A stretch of DNA of 64,000 nucleotides from the NCBI GenBank assembly GCA_021604805.1, contig BQJR01000002.1:268665-332664 (forward strand). The letters are read 5' to 3'. Each line of letters begins with the position of its first letter. The first letter of the stretch is position 1. Made by a program: the position numbers and the translations under genes. The notes below the pieces were generated by a model that was not told the origin of the DNA, did no database searches, and saw only the letters and a list, made by a program, of their open reading frames with translations. This document shows positions 43,001-52,035 of the stretch, piece after piece. Origin of the DNA: Planctomycetota bacterium. GTDB taxonomy: Bacteria; Planctomycetota; B15-G4.

Positions 43001-44018
43001 GTTCGCGAGCTTGGACTGCTGCTCCTTGCGCCTCCGGCAGCTCGTCGTCGAGATACCTGCGCGCAAGGTCGAGCAGCTGCTGCAAGCGCGACTCCCCCCG
43101 CCCGTTGGCGCCCGAGACCCCATCGCTGAAGGACACGACGCGCTGCAACACGGCCCCCAGCGATCCGGAGTTCGATCCGCCGATCAACCGCAGCTGAATC
43201 TGTTGACTGAAGCGACTCGCCGTCTGCCCCGAGCTGCTCAAGAACTCTGAAGCACCCACCAAGAGGTCGGCGTACAGGCGGCCGATGTGCTGCAGCGGGT
43301 CGCGCATCTCTAAGTGCGCCTCATCGAGCCAAACCACGAGGACGTGGGGTGCACGATCGAGAGTTGCCCTCGCACCCGTGGGCCCCAAGACAGGGTCGCG
43401 CTTGAACCATTCGAAGGGCACGGGAACTCGCCCCTTGCGCCGACCAATGCTGTGAGCCGACACGAGGCTGTCTTCCCACTCGATGACTCCGAGACGGTCT
43501 GCGCTCTCCGGGATGTATCCCTCACGCCCGAGGGCGGAGAGCGTGGCCTGCCGCTGCCGACGGCGGCGCTCCGCCGCTTCACTCGTGGCTGTCCCGTCGA
43601 CCATCACCCCGAGCAGGACGAGCGAGGGGACACGCAAAGCTTCCCCTGATGTCACCGGAGCGAGCGGCACCGATTCAACTCGCTCCCTGATCATCTGCGC
43701 GGCGTCTTCCTCAGACCCCGCGACACTCACGGCGGGCAAGCTCACACCGAACCATTCCCACTCAGCCTCCGCTTCGTACCTCCGCTCCGCCTCATCGCGT
43801 GTGTTCAGCCATTGCTGAACCGTGTCGATGGGGTCTTGCCACAAGCGCGCAGGAATCACTTCGTCGCCACCCTTCGCACCACGTGTGGTGGTGGACGGGT
43901 CCTCGGGGCGCGGGCTCCCGAGCTGGCTCTCGTTGAGGATCAAGCTCGCCAGGGCGGCGAGCAAGAGACCGACCGTGGAGTACTGAAACAGCCCGAGCTG
44001 CGTGCGTTCCGTCGCCAT
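40062..44018 (-). CDS. 1318-aa polytopic membrane protein of unknown family
   Basis: AAGGGGGA RBS 5 nt upstream of ATG 44016-44018. N-terminal TM anchor, a roughly 1000-aa soluble region with no recognisable motif, and about 6 C-terminal TM helices with Arg-rich loops. Confidence 0.7.
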   Translation of the reverse strand: MATERTQLGLFQYSTVGLLLAALASLILNESQLGSPRPEDPSTTTRGAKGGDEVIPARLWQDPIDTVQQWLNTRDEAERRYEAEAEWEWFGVSLPAVSVAGSEEDAAQMIRERVESVPLAPVTSGEALRVPSLVLLGVMVDGTATSEAAERRRRQRQATLSALGREGYIPESADRLGVIEWEDSLVSAHSIGRRKGRVPVPFEWFKRDPVLGPTGARATLDRAPHVLVVWLDEAHLEMRDPLQHIGRLYADLLVGASEFLSSSGQTASRFSQQIQLRLIGGSNSGSLGAVLQRVVSFSDGVSGANGRGESRLQQLLDLARRYLDDELPEAQGAAVQARERELVSQLARWDMADSQDFEVWLNRQSSGQLEDALMSAFPDVVDRDLNWAETIGSRFVRFTIRAAPGPHDFDAWRRTLIEEVLREAGTYLDQGLPDSPAKSAGQVGATDFGHQDFIDATDWLNESSLSGPIVAQLNARSELARKLEQRYPDVKDSDPYWARSVVELWCEAAPKHSLRPEELLSALQIFSPRASAPRELVATHPGLQELLANSNSTELDPFLKRPGSPWFRSTIAQDHQLALTLVDELARRGVRPFDGNYRARDHVVLLSEWDTVYGRALPTVLEAAARYRVSHPAPLSGDGVADRKEWDRKVAGFVAHPGSGRPGGPFQHVTYLRGLDGRTSRTSAQSREPSNSRNSDPLDKDAFSADNFQEVVNAQSGIAEPSIGPERQDQLRRLANELRSVKQARDRAGRGGRLAIGVLGSDFYDKQLIISALHEQFPDAVFFTTGADARYLQREHNSENRNLIIASSYGLTLSRSVGGANAPFRDGYQSADFMAARLALLPPTQSHTLWAKVVDAVATPRVFEVGRKQLVDISPFTTKNGVHPRPDRGVPWRGRTFNFVIVLVLGSLFLVSVNHSVRKTIRRERVFVAKALLLILVAAAALTAVIVKDSGSGGGEPFELAAGVSIWPTEILRFLSAVLACVMLAASCKALQSNQTKLARRYGLPDSSTAPERRWWSRDPDDTHNWFSQLWSRRRRISIERWTRFTRRARPKTSIEECWIEYMRLSRPGNRFARVLPMAISYMLLAFSLMALFGFPQTPYRGSVSLITDKVVLILSVGLLLVLTFFVIDATRLAAQFVDAVSRASSRWPAGKSARASSLARKRGLKAKLLKEFLTLEFIARRTRVVERLIQLPFVILLLMMLARHSIFDKWTTPLSLAIVFVLMATLALASSITLTTAAQGARARLRARMKARLSRLHARECTQEAKSFELLMSEADAIHVGAFGSWFGNPALKAVLIPSGGYGLLAVLEALAGASAG

Positions 44019-44449
44019 GATGTCCCCCTTTGATGGACCGCTCGCCGGATGACTCGCTCCCGCGCGGCGAACGGCTCCTGACTGGCTCCCGTGATCGCAG
44101 GTGCGGACTGCCCGGCCGCGCGCGATCGATGCGCACTCTATCCCGAATTCCGAAACTTCGCTGGGCGCGGCGACGGATGGCTGCTCAGCTCCCGCTCGAG
44201 GCCCGATCCGGGCAGCCGCCGGGCGCTCCGCTCCCATCCTCTGCGCTCGGTCAGCCGACCTGCACAGCGGTCAGCGCAGCGGCCGGCGCGACGAACCACC
44301 GAGGTCGCTGATTGGTTGGCCCCGTCGAACGCGGCGCACGGCCTGCGCTCGGCGGGGCGAGCCAGCCAGGCGCCGCGTGACCCGTCGATGACGAGCCGGA
44401 CGCAACGGGCGCGGCGTGCTCTCATGCGGCGCCCGGCGGAGTTCGACTC

Positions 44450-45583
44450 ATGTGGCGTCTCACTCTTCTCATGTTCATGTCGGCGAGTTTGTTCGCGTTG
44501 GACGACACCCCTGCGCGCGCCGCCCCACACGAGGCACTCATCGAGTGGTCGACCGACGACGGCCCTCAAGCGCGCGAGCACCCCGCGCTGATCCACGACG
44601 GCGAACGGAACCGCGTGATCCTGTTCGGCGGCAGCGGCTACGCACCACAGCTCGCGCCGCTCAGCGACGTGTGGGCCTTCGACCTCGACACCCACGCGTG
44701 GTCGCGTGTCGACGCGCACGGCGAGTTGCCCACGGGCGGCGGCAGTCGTCGCGTGGCGCAGACTCCGGGCGCGCAACACGCGTTGCTCTTCGGCGGCTAC
44801 GACGGCAGCATGCAACCCAACGCCGAGTTGCACCGCGTGGAGCTGCGCGACGACGGCGTGCACTTCGCACGCGTGGAACAACACGACGCCCCACCGGCAC
44901 GCTTCCTGCACGGCTTCGGCTGGGACGCCACGCGCGAACGCGGCGTGCTCTTCGGCGGCGTGAGCAACCGCATGTTCGACGACACCTGGCTGCTCGAGTT
45001 GCGTGACGGCGCCGCGCACTGGACGCAGCTCGTCACCGAGCGCGCACCCAGTCCACGCTACGGTTTCGCCTTCGCGCTCGACGCGTCCTCCGGCCGCTTC
45101 GTGGTCGCAGGCGGCGCCGATCAACGCTTCCCCGCCGAGGTCCCGAGCGACACCTGGGCGCTCGACCTCAACGCCGAGCCGCCAGCGTGGGCGCCACTCG
45201 AGCAGGCCACGCTCGCCTTCGGGCGCAACCCCTGCCAAGCCTTCGCCTGGGCCGACGGCACGCTCGTGCTGCACGGCGGCACCGCCAACGGTCGCGACGT
45301 CGTGCCCGGTGTGCACGCGCTCGACCTGCGCACCGACGCGCCGACCTGGCGCGCACTCGACATGCCCGACGACGTGCCGCCGCGCGCCAGCGGCGCAGGC
45401 TTCGCGAGCAGCGACGGCCACGCGGTGTGGCTCGGTTTCGGCAACTCAGGCGCGGGGGCCTTCCGCGACCTGTTCCGCGTGACGCTGAACGACGCGCGCG
45501 ACCTCGCCGAGAAGGCGCGCGCAAGCCCGTCGTCCAGCGGAACGCGCGAGCACGACGCGGCGCCCTCAGCTGCCGAACGCTGA
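44450..45583 (+). CDS. Kelch-repeat (galactose-oxidase-like beta-propeller) protein
   Basis: Six repeats with LFGG/VVAGG...W/D signatures (RVILFGGSGY, ALLFGGYDG, GVLFGGVSN, RFVVAGGADQ, TLVLHGGTANG). Signal-like N-terminus. Confidence 0.8.
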   Translation: MWRLTLLMFMSASLFALDDTPARAAPHEALIEWSTDDGPQAREHPALIHDGERNRVILFGGSGYAPQLAPLSDVWAFDLDTHAWSRVDAHGELPTGGGSRRVAQTPGAQHALLFGGYDGSMQPNAELHRVELRDDGVHFARVEQHDAPPARFLHGFGWDATRERGVLFGGVSNRMFDDTWLLELRDGAAHWTQLVTERAPSPRYGFAFALDASSGRFVVAGGADQRFPAEVPSDTWALDLNAEPPAWAPLEQATLAFGRNPCQAFAWADGTLVLHGGTANGRDVVPGVHALDLRTDAPTWRALDMPDDVPPRASGAGFASSDGHAVWLGFGNSGAGAFRDLFRVTLNDARDLAEKARASPSSSGTREHDAAPSAAER

Positions 45584-45594
45584 CAGCGCCGCGC

Positions 45595-46872
45595 TCACCC
45601 GTGCTCCGCCACGCGCCGCGCCACGTCCGCGCGGGCGCTCCAACGCCACCAGCACGCCAGGCTCAAGAGGAGGCAGCCGCTCAGCACACTCGCGGTGAGC
45701 TCGACCGATTGCGTCGCGTCGTAGAACAGGCCGGTGGCCACGCCGCCGGCTGAGAAGGCCAGCGTCATGAAGCCGAAGTCGAGCGCGTGCACGCGACCGC
45801 GGTAGGCGTTGTGCACGTGCGTCTGCCAGAGCGCGGTGCTCGCGACCCAGATCGTGCTGCCGCCCATGTGCGCAGCGAACACGCAGGCGGCGGCGAACCA
45901 CAAGTCGTGCATGAAGCCGAACAACGCGTAGAACACGGCGGCGCACGCGAAGCCGAGGCCGATCTGGAAGCGCAGGGACGCGTCGCTGCTGCCCCACTTG
46001 TTGCGCGCGAGGATCGGGCCGAGGCCGGTGCCGAGTCCGCGCGCGGCGTAGAGCGCGCTCGTGGCGAGGGCGGCGCCGAGCAACGGTCCGAAGCGCACCT
46101 TGCCCGATACGGAGAGCAGCGTGAGGTAACCGCCCGCGGGCCACCAGAAGGTCTTGGCGAGCACCGCGTGCAACACGCCTTGCTCGCGCACGTGCGTGAG
46201 TCCGCGCCGCATGTCCGCGAAGGTGACGATGTGCGCCCAACGGAAGGGCGTCTCGAGTTTCGGCGGCGCGGGCATGCGCAAGCCGATGAGCAGCACGGCC
46301 GAGAGCACGTAGGTCGCGGCGTCGGCGAGGAAGACGGCGTCGGTGCCGAAGGCGTCGGTGAACACGCCGCCGAGCGCGGCGCCCAGCGCGAGCATGGTGC
46401 TCCAGGTTGCGGCCGACAAGGCGTGCGCAGCGTGGATGTCTTTGCGCGCGACCAAGCTCGGCAAAGCCGCCGAGCGCGCGGACTCGAAGAAGATCGACAG
46501 CCCCATCTGCGCGAACAACAAGGAGTAGAGCAGCGGCAACTCACTCGGGTCGTCGATCACGAGGTAACCGAGCACGACGGCAGCGCGCAGCAAGTCGGAG
46601 AGCACCATCACGAGACGGCGCGGCACGCGATCGGCCACCGGCCCCGCGAGCGAACCGAAGAGCGCGGTCGGCAGCAGGTGCAGCGCCATCTCGAGCCCGT
46701 AGAGCAAGCCGACGCCGAGCTGCGCGTCGGCGCCACCGAGCTCGCCGATGAGCACGAGCAGCGCCATGCGATTGAGCCAGTCGCCCGCCATCGACACGAC
46801 CTGCGCCGACCACAAGCGCACGAAGCGCGGGTTACGACGCAGCACGCCGAGCGTGGAAGTCTCAGAGGTCAC
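45595..46872 (-). CDS. MFS transporter
   Basis: 12-TM layout. MFS signature-like loop (GPVADRVPRRLVMV). Confidence 0.85.
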   Translation of the reverse strand: MTSETSTLGVLRRNPRFVRLWSAQVVSMAGDWLNRMALLVLIGELGGADAQLGVGLLYGLEMALHLLPTALFGSLAGPVADRVPRRLVMVLSDLLRAAVVLGYLVIDDPSELPLLYSLLFAQMGLSIFFESARSAALPSLVARKDIHAAHALSAATWSTMLALGAALGGVFTDAFGTDAVFLADAATYVLSAVLLIGLRMPAPPKLETPFRWAHIVTFADMRRGLTHVREQGVLHAVLAKTFWWPAGGYLTLLSVSGKVRFGPLLGAALATSALYAARGLGTGLGPILARNKWGSSDASLRFQIGLGFACAAVFYALFGFMHDLWFAAACVFAAHMGGSTIWVASTALWQTHVHNAYRGRVHALDFGFMTLAFSAGGVATGLFYDATQSVELTASVLSGCLLLSLACWWRWSARADVARRVAEHG

Positions 46873-47054
46873 GAGCGCGGATCGACGAGTGAGCGGGGCC
46901 TGGGGAGGCCGCGATCCTAGCGGTCGGCGGGGCGCGGATCAGCGCTGCTTCGTGAGCGCGCTGTCTCGCGCCCCGACTTGCACGATCTGCATGGCACCCC
47001 GTCCCGCAGCTCGTGTGTCAGCACACGCCTGCCGACGGTTGCGCTCTCAACGCT

Positions 47055-47585
47055 TCACAAGGAGCGCGCCAACTCGTCGAGCTTGAGCAGCACGCTGGCT
47101 GAGTAGCCGCGGTCGTGGAACCAGCGCACCGTGCCGCTCGCATCGAGCAAGAAGATGCGACCGTTCTGCGGGCGCGTGTTGCCGGTGAAGTTCACGATCG
47201 CTTCGGCGTCGTCGTACACGGTGACGACCGAGCCCCAGTCTTCTTCGGGGATGCCGCCGCGCATGCCTTCGTTGATGGTGTTGGCGATCATGCCGGGCAC
47301 GAGGCCGTCGATCGTGGGCACCTCGAGCAGCTGCACCGGCGTGCCCGCTTGTAGCAAGCCGAGGATCCAGCGGTCGAGATCGAACTGCGTGTTCTGCACG
47401 TAGCCCACGAGCAACACGGCGGGCTTACCGGCGAGCGCGTCGGGAAGCGTGATGCTTTCGCCTTCGAGCGACGCGCCCTGCACCTTCGGGAAGCGCTCGC
47501 CCACGGGATCGCGGTTCGGCAAGGGGCTGCCGCAAGCGGACAGCGTGAGCGCGATCAGAACAGCGGCGAGCAGGCGTGCAGACAT
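47055..47585 (-). CDS. hypothetical lipoprotein
   Basis: GAGGAAG RBS before ATG 47583-47585. MSARLLAAVLIALTLSACG lipobox. A thioredoxin-like fold is possible, but there is no CxxC. Confidence 0.6.
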   Translation of the reverse strand: MSARLLAAVLIALTLSACGSPLPNRDPVGERFPKVQGASLEGESITLPDALAGKPAVLLVGYVQNTQFDLDRWILGLLQAGTPVQLLEVPTIDGLVPGMIANTINEGMRGGIPEEDWGSVVTVYDDAEAIVNFTGNTRPQNGRIFLLDASGTVRWFHDRGYSASVLLKLDELARSL

Positions 47586-47752
47586 CAGAGCTTCCTCAGG
47601 GGGACGTGCGCGTAGTCTCGCGCGCGGCCACGCCGTCGCGATAGGCGGCAGCGTCGAGCAAGCGCTTCGCGCCCGGATGTGTGCTTTGGGGCGCTCCGGG
47701 AAAGCGCGGGCGCGCACGTTGTCCGGGATCTCTCGGTGCGACGTGTTGCGGC

Positions 47753-48310
47753 TCAGCTCGGCCGCTCGAAGAGCTCGACGACACGGCCATCGGGATCGTC
47801 CACGAGCATGCGGCGACCCCACGAGTACTGCGTGGGTTCTTGGCGCAGCGCGACGCCGAGCTCCCGAAGCCGCGCAGCGACGGCGTGAAGATCGCGCACG
47901 GTGAGCCCGAAGAACTGCGAGCCCGCGGAGCGGTATGCAGGCGCCCGCGGGGCAGCGTCCACTGGCGCACCTGGTGTTTCGCCAGGCGTGATCGTGCCAT
48001 CGGTGTCGGCGGGTGCTTGCGCCGCGTCGAAGAGCGCGAAGTGTGTGCCACCGAGGTCGCAGGTGTGATGCACCGGACCGTCGCCATGACGTTCGCCGGC
48101 GAGCGGCAGGCCGAGCGCACGGTAGAAGGTGACGCAGGCGTCGAGCCGCGCACTGAAGAGCACGAGCGCACCGAGGCCTTCGGGAGCGTCGAGCGGCTTG
48201 CCGGGCGTTGCGGGCGTTGCGGGCGTTGCGGGCGTTGCGGGCGTTGCTGGCGTTGCGGAGTCGCCGGAGCTGACGGAGCCGCCGTCTTCCGCGTCGGACG
48301 CGTCACTCAC
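47753..48310 (-). CDS. VOC-family (glyoxalase/bleomycin-resistance-like) protein with an N-terminal (TPA) repeat tract
   Basis: The C-terminal 130 aa form a VOC fold (LGALVLFSARLDACVTFYRALGL...GSQFFGLTVRDLHAVAARLRELGVAL). GTG at 48308-48310 overlaps the upstream stop (GTGA). The ORF is open further upstream to 48526, but that would overlap the upstream gene. Confidence 0.6.
   Translation of the reverse strand: MSDASDAEDGGSVSSGDSATPATPATPATPATPATPGKPLDAPEGLGALVLFSARLDACVTFYRALGLPLAGERHGDGPVHHTCDLGGTHFALFDAAQAPADTDGTITPGETPGAPVDAAPRAPAYRSAGSQFFGLTVRDLHAVAARLRELGVALRQEPTQYSWGRRMLVDDPDGRVVELFERPS
48203..48256. repeat. 9-bp tandem repeat (gggcgttgc x5, plus 1 degenerate copy), in frame, encoding (TPA)n
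   Basis: Read directly from the sequence. It lies inside the VOC-family gene. Confidence 0.6.
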
Positions 48311-49350
48311 GACGCTGCCGCCGCGCGCCCACGGAACAAGCCGCCGAGTTGCTGACCGAGCCCCGCGAAGGTGCGGCCGTTGAGCGGGAACTCGAGATAC
48401 ACGTGCAGGTAGCTGAGCACGAAGAGCGCGTTGAGGCCCATGGCGTAGTCGTAGGCGTAGAGCGCGAGGCTCAGCAGCCAGACCAACACGATGCTCACGG
48501 CCCAGCTGCGCGGCACGCGGTGCCACTGGATCACCGACGTCTTGCTGAACCAGTTCAGGTAGTGATAGGTGTAGGCGAAGCCGATGAAGCGCGCGATGTC
48601 CTGGCTCCAGTCGGCGAGGAACAAGCGGTTGGGATCCAGCGCGCGCGCGCCCGGCGTGTTCGGGTCGGGCGCGAACACCGAACCGATGCCGGCGAACTCC
48701 CCGAAGCTGCTGTGGAACGAGGCGGCCGACATGCCGTAGGCCTCACGCGTGTCGGCGCTCTCCATGAAGTTGCTCCACTGCAGGCCGCCGTCGAGCAAGA
48801 AGCAGGCCGCGGTGCAGGCCGCGAAGACCGCCAAGCTCGCGTAGCCGGTGACGCTGCGATTGCGCAAGGCGCCGAAGGCCACGAAGGCCGCGGTGAACAA
48901 CCACACGTGGATCAGCGTGGGCAGGAACATGATCAGGATCAGCTGCGCGTTGTTCGCGCCCGAGAACACCGCGCCCGCGCCGAGTGAGGCGACGACCAGC
49001 GCGAGCTGCGCCACGCGCGACTTCAAGAACGAGAAGGCCACCGCCGCGCCCAGCGCCCCCGCCGCGAGCACCGGCACCACACGCAAGCGGTTGAAGGGCG
49101 CCTCGCCGCCCGACGCCGCGACGAAGTAACCCACCGAGATCACGATCACCGGCAACACGAGCCACCAAGCTTGGCGGCGCTGCTGCACGAAGTAGTCGCG
49201 CTGATGCAACCACGCGATCTCCGTGAGGTAGTGCAGCGGCCCGAGGATCGCGTACGACAACAAGAACAGCTCGAAGGGCATCAAGTACGCGAGCACCAAG
49301 GACACGAGCATCAGCGCGATGTTGAGCAGATCGACTTGGCGGGTGCTCAC
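48307..49350 (-). CDS. hypothetical polytopic membrane protein (about 9 TM helices)
   Basis: 347-aa hydrophobic ORF. It sits between the ABC ATPase gene and the VOC gene and is not a typical CUT2 permease. Confidence 0.6.
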   Translation of the reverse strand: MSTRQVDLLNIALMLVSLVLAYLMPFELFLLSYAILGPLHYLTEIAWLHQRDYFVQQRRQAWWLVLPVIVISVGYFVAASGGEAPFNRLRVVPVLAAGALGAAVAFSFLKSRVAQLALVVASLGAGAVFSGANNAQLILIMFLPTLIHVWLFTAAFVAFGALRNRSVTGYASLAVFAACTAACFLLDGGLQWSNFMESADTREAYGMSAASFHSSFGEFAGIGSVFAPDPNTPGARALDPNRLFLADWSQDIARFIGFAYTYHYLNWFSKTSVIQWHRVPRSWAVSIVLVWLLSLALYAYDYAMGLNALFVLSYLHVYLEFPLNGRTFAGLGQQLGGLFRGRAAAAS

Positions 49351-49387
49351 GCGGGGCTTCCATCGGGGGCGCGTTCGACGGGAGAGT

Positions 49388-50836
49388 CTACGTCACGTTG
49401 CGGGCCATCGGGATCACGCGGCTCGAGAGCGCGCGCAACTCCGGGCGATCCGAGCTGACGAGCAAGATCGCCGTGCCGCTCGCGGCCAGCGCGTGCAGGC
49501 GGGCGTGGATCGCGGCCTTGGCGCCCACGTCGACACCGCGGGTGGGTTCGTCGACCAGGAGCACGCGCGGAGACTGGCTCAGCCAGCGCGCGAGCACGAC
49601 CTTCTGTTGGTTGCCGCCGCTGAGTGCGGCCACGGCTGCGCCGGGGCGCAGGCCGCGCACGTCGAGCTCGGCCAGGGCGGCGTGCGTGTCGTGCTGCTCG
49701 GCGGCGAGGTCGAGCAGCGCGCCGCGTTGCCAGCGCGCTTCCTGGCCGAGGGCCACGTTGCGCGCGGCATCGAGACCGAGCACGAGACCTTGGCGTTTAC
49801 GGTCTTCGGGCACGAGCGCCACGCCGGCGTTCAGCGCGGCGCGCACATTGTTCGGGGGCAGCTCGGTGTCGCCCACGAACACGCGGCCGGCGTGGCGCGG
49901 CAACAACCCGAAGAGCGTGGCGAGCAGACGACTGCGTCCCGAGCCGAGCAGACCCTCGAGCCCGACGATCTCGCCGGCGCGCACTTCGAGGTCGATCGGG
50001 CCGAGGCCGCGTTCGCCTTGCAGGCCTTCGACCCGCAGGAAGGCGGGTGCTTGTTCGGCTGGCGCAGCAAGGTCGCGCGGAGGAGGTGCGGTTTCAGCCT
50101 TCGCCGCGCGCAACTCACGGTGCTCGCCCACGAGCATCTCGACCAAGCGCTCTTCGGTAGCGTTGCTGCCTTCGAGTTCGCCGGCCATCTCGCCGTCGCG
50201 GAGCACGGTCATGCGGTCGCAGATCGCGAGCACTTCGGGCAGGCGGTGGCTCACCCAGATCACGGTGAGACCTTCGCGCACCAGGCGCTGCACGAGCGCG
50301 AGCAGGCGCTGACACTCGGCGTCGTCGAGCGAACTCGTAGGCTCATCGAAGACCACGAGGCGCGCGCCGCTCGCGAGCGCCTGGGCGATTTGCAGCAGCT
50401 GTTCTTGCGCGGTGCTGAGCGAGCCGACGGCGCGCGCGGGATCGATGTCGAGCCCCACGGGCACGAGCGCCTCGCGCGCGGCGGACTCCATCGCGCGGCG
50501 CTGCACGAAGCCGCCGCGCGTGGGCCAACGCCCCAGGTGTAAGTTCTCGGCCACCGACAACTCGGGGCAGAACGCGAGTTCTTGGTGCACCATCGCCACG
50601 CCCGCGCGCAACGCGTCACGCGGGGAGGTCCAGCGTGCGGGCTTGCCCATGACCGCGAGCTCGCCCGCGTCGGGCTTGTGCACGCCGGCGATCACGCGTC
50701 CCAGAGTGGACTTGCCGGCGCCGTTCTCGCCGAGCAAGCCGTGACAGCTGCCGATGGCCACGCGCAAGTCGACGCCGCGCAGCGCGACCTGCCCCGCGAA
50801 GCGCTTCACGATCCCGCGCGCATCGACGGCGGCCAC
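49388..50836 (-). CDS. sugar ABC transporter ATP-binding protein (two fused ABC domains, CUT2 type)
   Basis: Two Walker A motifs (GENGAGKST and a second P-loop), LSGGNQQKV signatures and Walker B motifs. GTG at 50834-50836 is immediately after the SBP stop. Confidence 0.88.
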   Translation of the reverse strand: MAAVDARGIVKRFAGQVALRGVDLRVAIGSCHGLLGENGAGKSTLGRVIAGVHKPDAGELAVMGKPARWTSPRDALRAGVAMVHQELAFCPELSVAENLHLGRWPTRGGFVQRRAMESAAREALVPVGLDIDPARAVGSLSTAQEQLLQIAQALASGARLVVFDEPTSSLDDAECQRLLALVQRLVREGLTVIWVSHRLPEVLAICDRMTVLRDGEMAGELEGSNATEERLVEMLVGEHRELRAAKAETAPPPRDLAAPAEQAPAFLRVEGLQGERGLGPIDLEVRAGEIVGLEGLLGSGRSRLLATLFGLLPRHAGRVFVGDTELPPNNVRAALNAGVALVPEDRKRQGLVLGLDAARNVALGQEARWQRGALLDLAAEQHDTHAALAELDVRGLRPGAAVAALSGGNQQKVVLARWLSQSPRVLLVDEPTRGVDVGAKAAIHARLHALAASGTAILLVSSDRPELRALSSRVIPMARNVT

Positions 50837-50838
50837 GC

Positions 50839-51837
50839 TCAGCGATCCCCGCGCCAAGCTTCCCAACGCGCGAGGACCTCGGGCACTTGCGCGGCGCGGA
50901 TCTCGCGCAGCGGCATGGTGAGGCGCGGGCCCTCGGCGGGAACTTCGCCGTCGAGCACGCGCGCGAGCAACAGCTCCACCGAACGGTAGCCCCAGGCGAA
51001 GCAGTCTTGCTCGAGCAGCACGTTCACGTGACCGCTCTCGAGGTAGCTGAGTTGCGCGGGCAGCGCGTCGACCGACACGACCTTCACGGCGCCGGGCTCC
51101 CAGCGCAGCGAACCGCGCGTGTAGAGCGGCCAACCGCCCACGAAGGCCCAGCCGTCGATCTCGGGGTGAGTGCTCTGCGCGCGCGCCACGGTTTCGGCGG
51201 CCTGCTCGGGCGTTTCGGCGTGGTAGTAGATGCCGTCGTCGAGCAAGTTCAGGCCTTCGTGTTCGGCGAGGGAAGCGCGCACGCCTTCCACGCGCGCGGC
51301 GAGGTTGGGCGCCGCTTGGTTGCCCGCGAGGATCGCCACGGTGCCCACGCCACCGAGCGCCGCCGCGAGTTCGCTGCCGACTTGCCGACCGCAGGCGATG
51401 TCGTCGGTACCGAGGAAGGCGAAGCGCGCGCTACCGGGTGCGTCGCTGTCGAAGCACACGACCTGCGCGCCGAGCTCCACGGCTTTGTCGATGGCTGGGC
51501 GAAGCGTGTTCGCCTCGCTCACCGACACGGCGATGCCGCGCACACCGCGCCGCGCGAGTTGCTCGAGCGCGGCGGCCTGCGCGGCGGGGTCTTCGTCGGG
51601 CGGCGTCTGCCAATCGATCACGACGTCGATCCCGCGTTGCGCACCGAGTTCAGCAGCAGCAGCCTTGGCGCCGGTGTACGCGGCTTGGAACACCGGGTTG
51701 CTCTGACTCTTGCCCACGAGGCCGAGCACCACGCGTTCGCGCGCGGGCTCCTCGTTCGCAGGCGCAGCCTCACTGCACGCAGCGCACACCGCAGCCCACA
51801 GCGCCACGACCCACACACTCGACTTGAACATGTTCAC
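50839..51837 (-). CDS. sugar ABC transporter substrate-binding protein (periplasmic binding protein, LacI/RbsB-like fold)
   Basis: Signal peptide with lipobox-like AACS. VVLGLVGKSQSNPVFQAAYTGAKAAAAELG and a VVCFDSDAPG region are typical of type-I sugar-binding proteins. Confidence 0.85.
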   Translation of the reverse strand: MNMFKSSVWVVALWAAVCAACSEAAPANEEPARERVVLGLVGKSQSNPVFQAAYTGAKAAAAELGAQRGIDVVIDWQTPPDEDPAAQAAALEQLARRGVRGIAVSVSEANTLRPAIDKAVELGAQVVCFDSDAPGSARFAFLGTDDIACGRQVGSELAAALGGVGTVAILAGNQAAPNLAARVEGVRASLAEHEGLNLLDDGIYYHAETPEQAAETVARAQSTHPEIDGWAFVGGWPLYTRGSLRWEPGAVKVVSVDALPAQLSYLESGHVNVLLEQDCFAWGYRSVELLLARVLDGEVPAEGPRLTMPLREIRAAQVPEVLARWEAWRGDR

Positions 51838-52035
51838 CTCGCGCGGGACCTCGATCGGTCATCTTGCGCGGCGCATCGCAAAAGGCGAGTGCGTCGCCAC
51901 ACTGCGGGTGCGCCGCCGCGGGCCGAAGACAGCGAAGGCTCCGAAGTCTTCGGCCCGGAACACAACCGCCAGGCACGCGAGCGACGGCTCACGCGCCTGG
52001 CGGGGAACTCAGCGCTCAGCGAGCACTGAGCGGGT

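Noticed and set aside
44138-45421. 427-aa minus-strand ORF
   Set aside because: Antisense to the Kelch-repeat gene, which has clear repeat signatures. The 5' part would lie in the ORF-free leader of the giant membrane protein gene and lacks any RBS.
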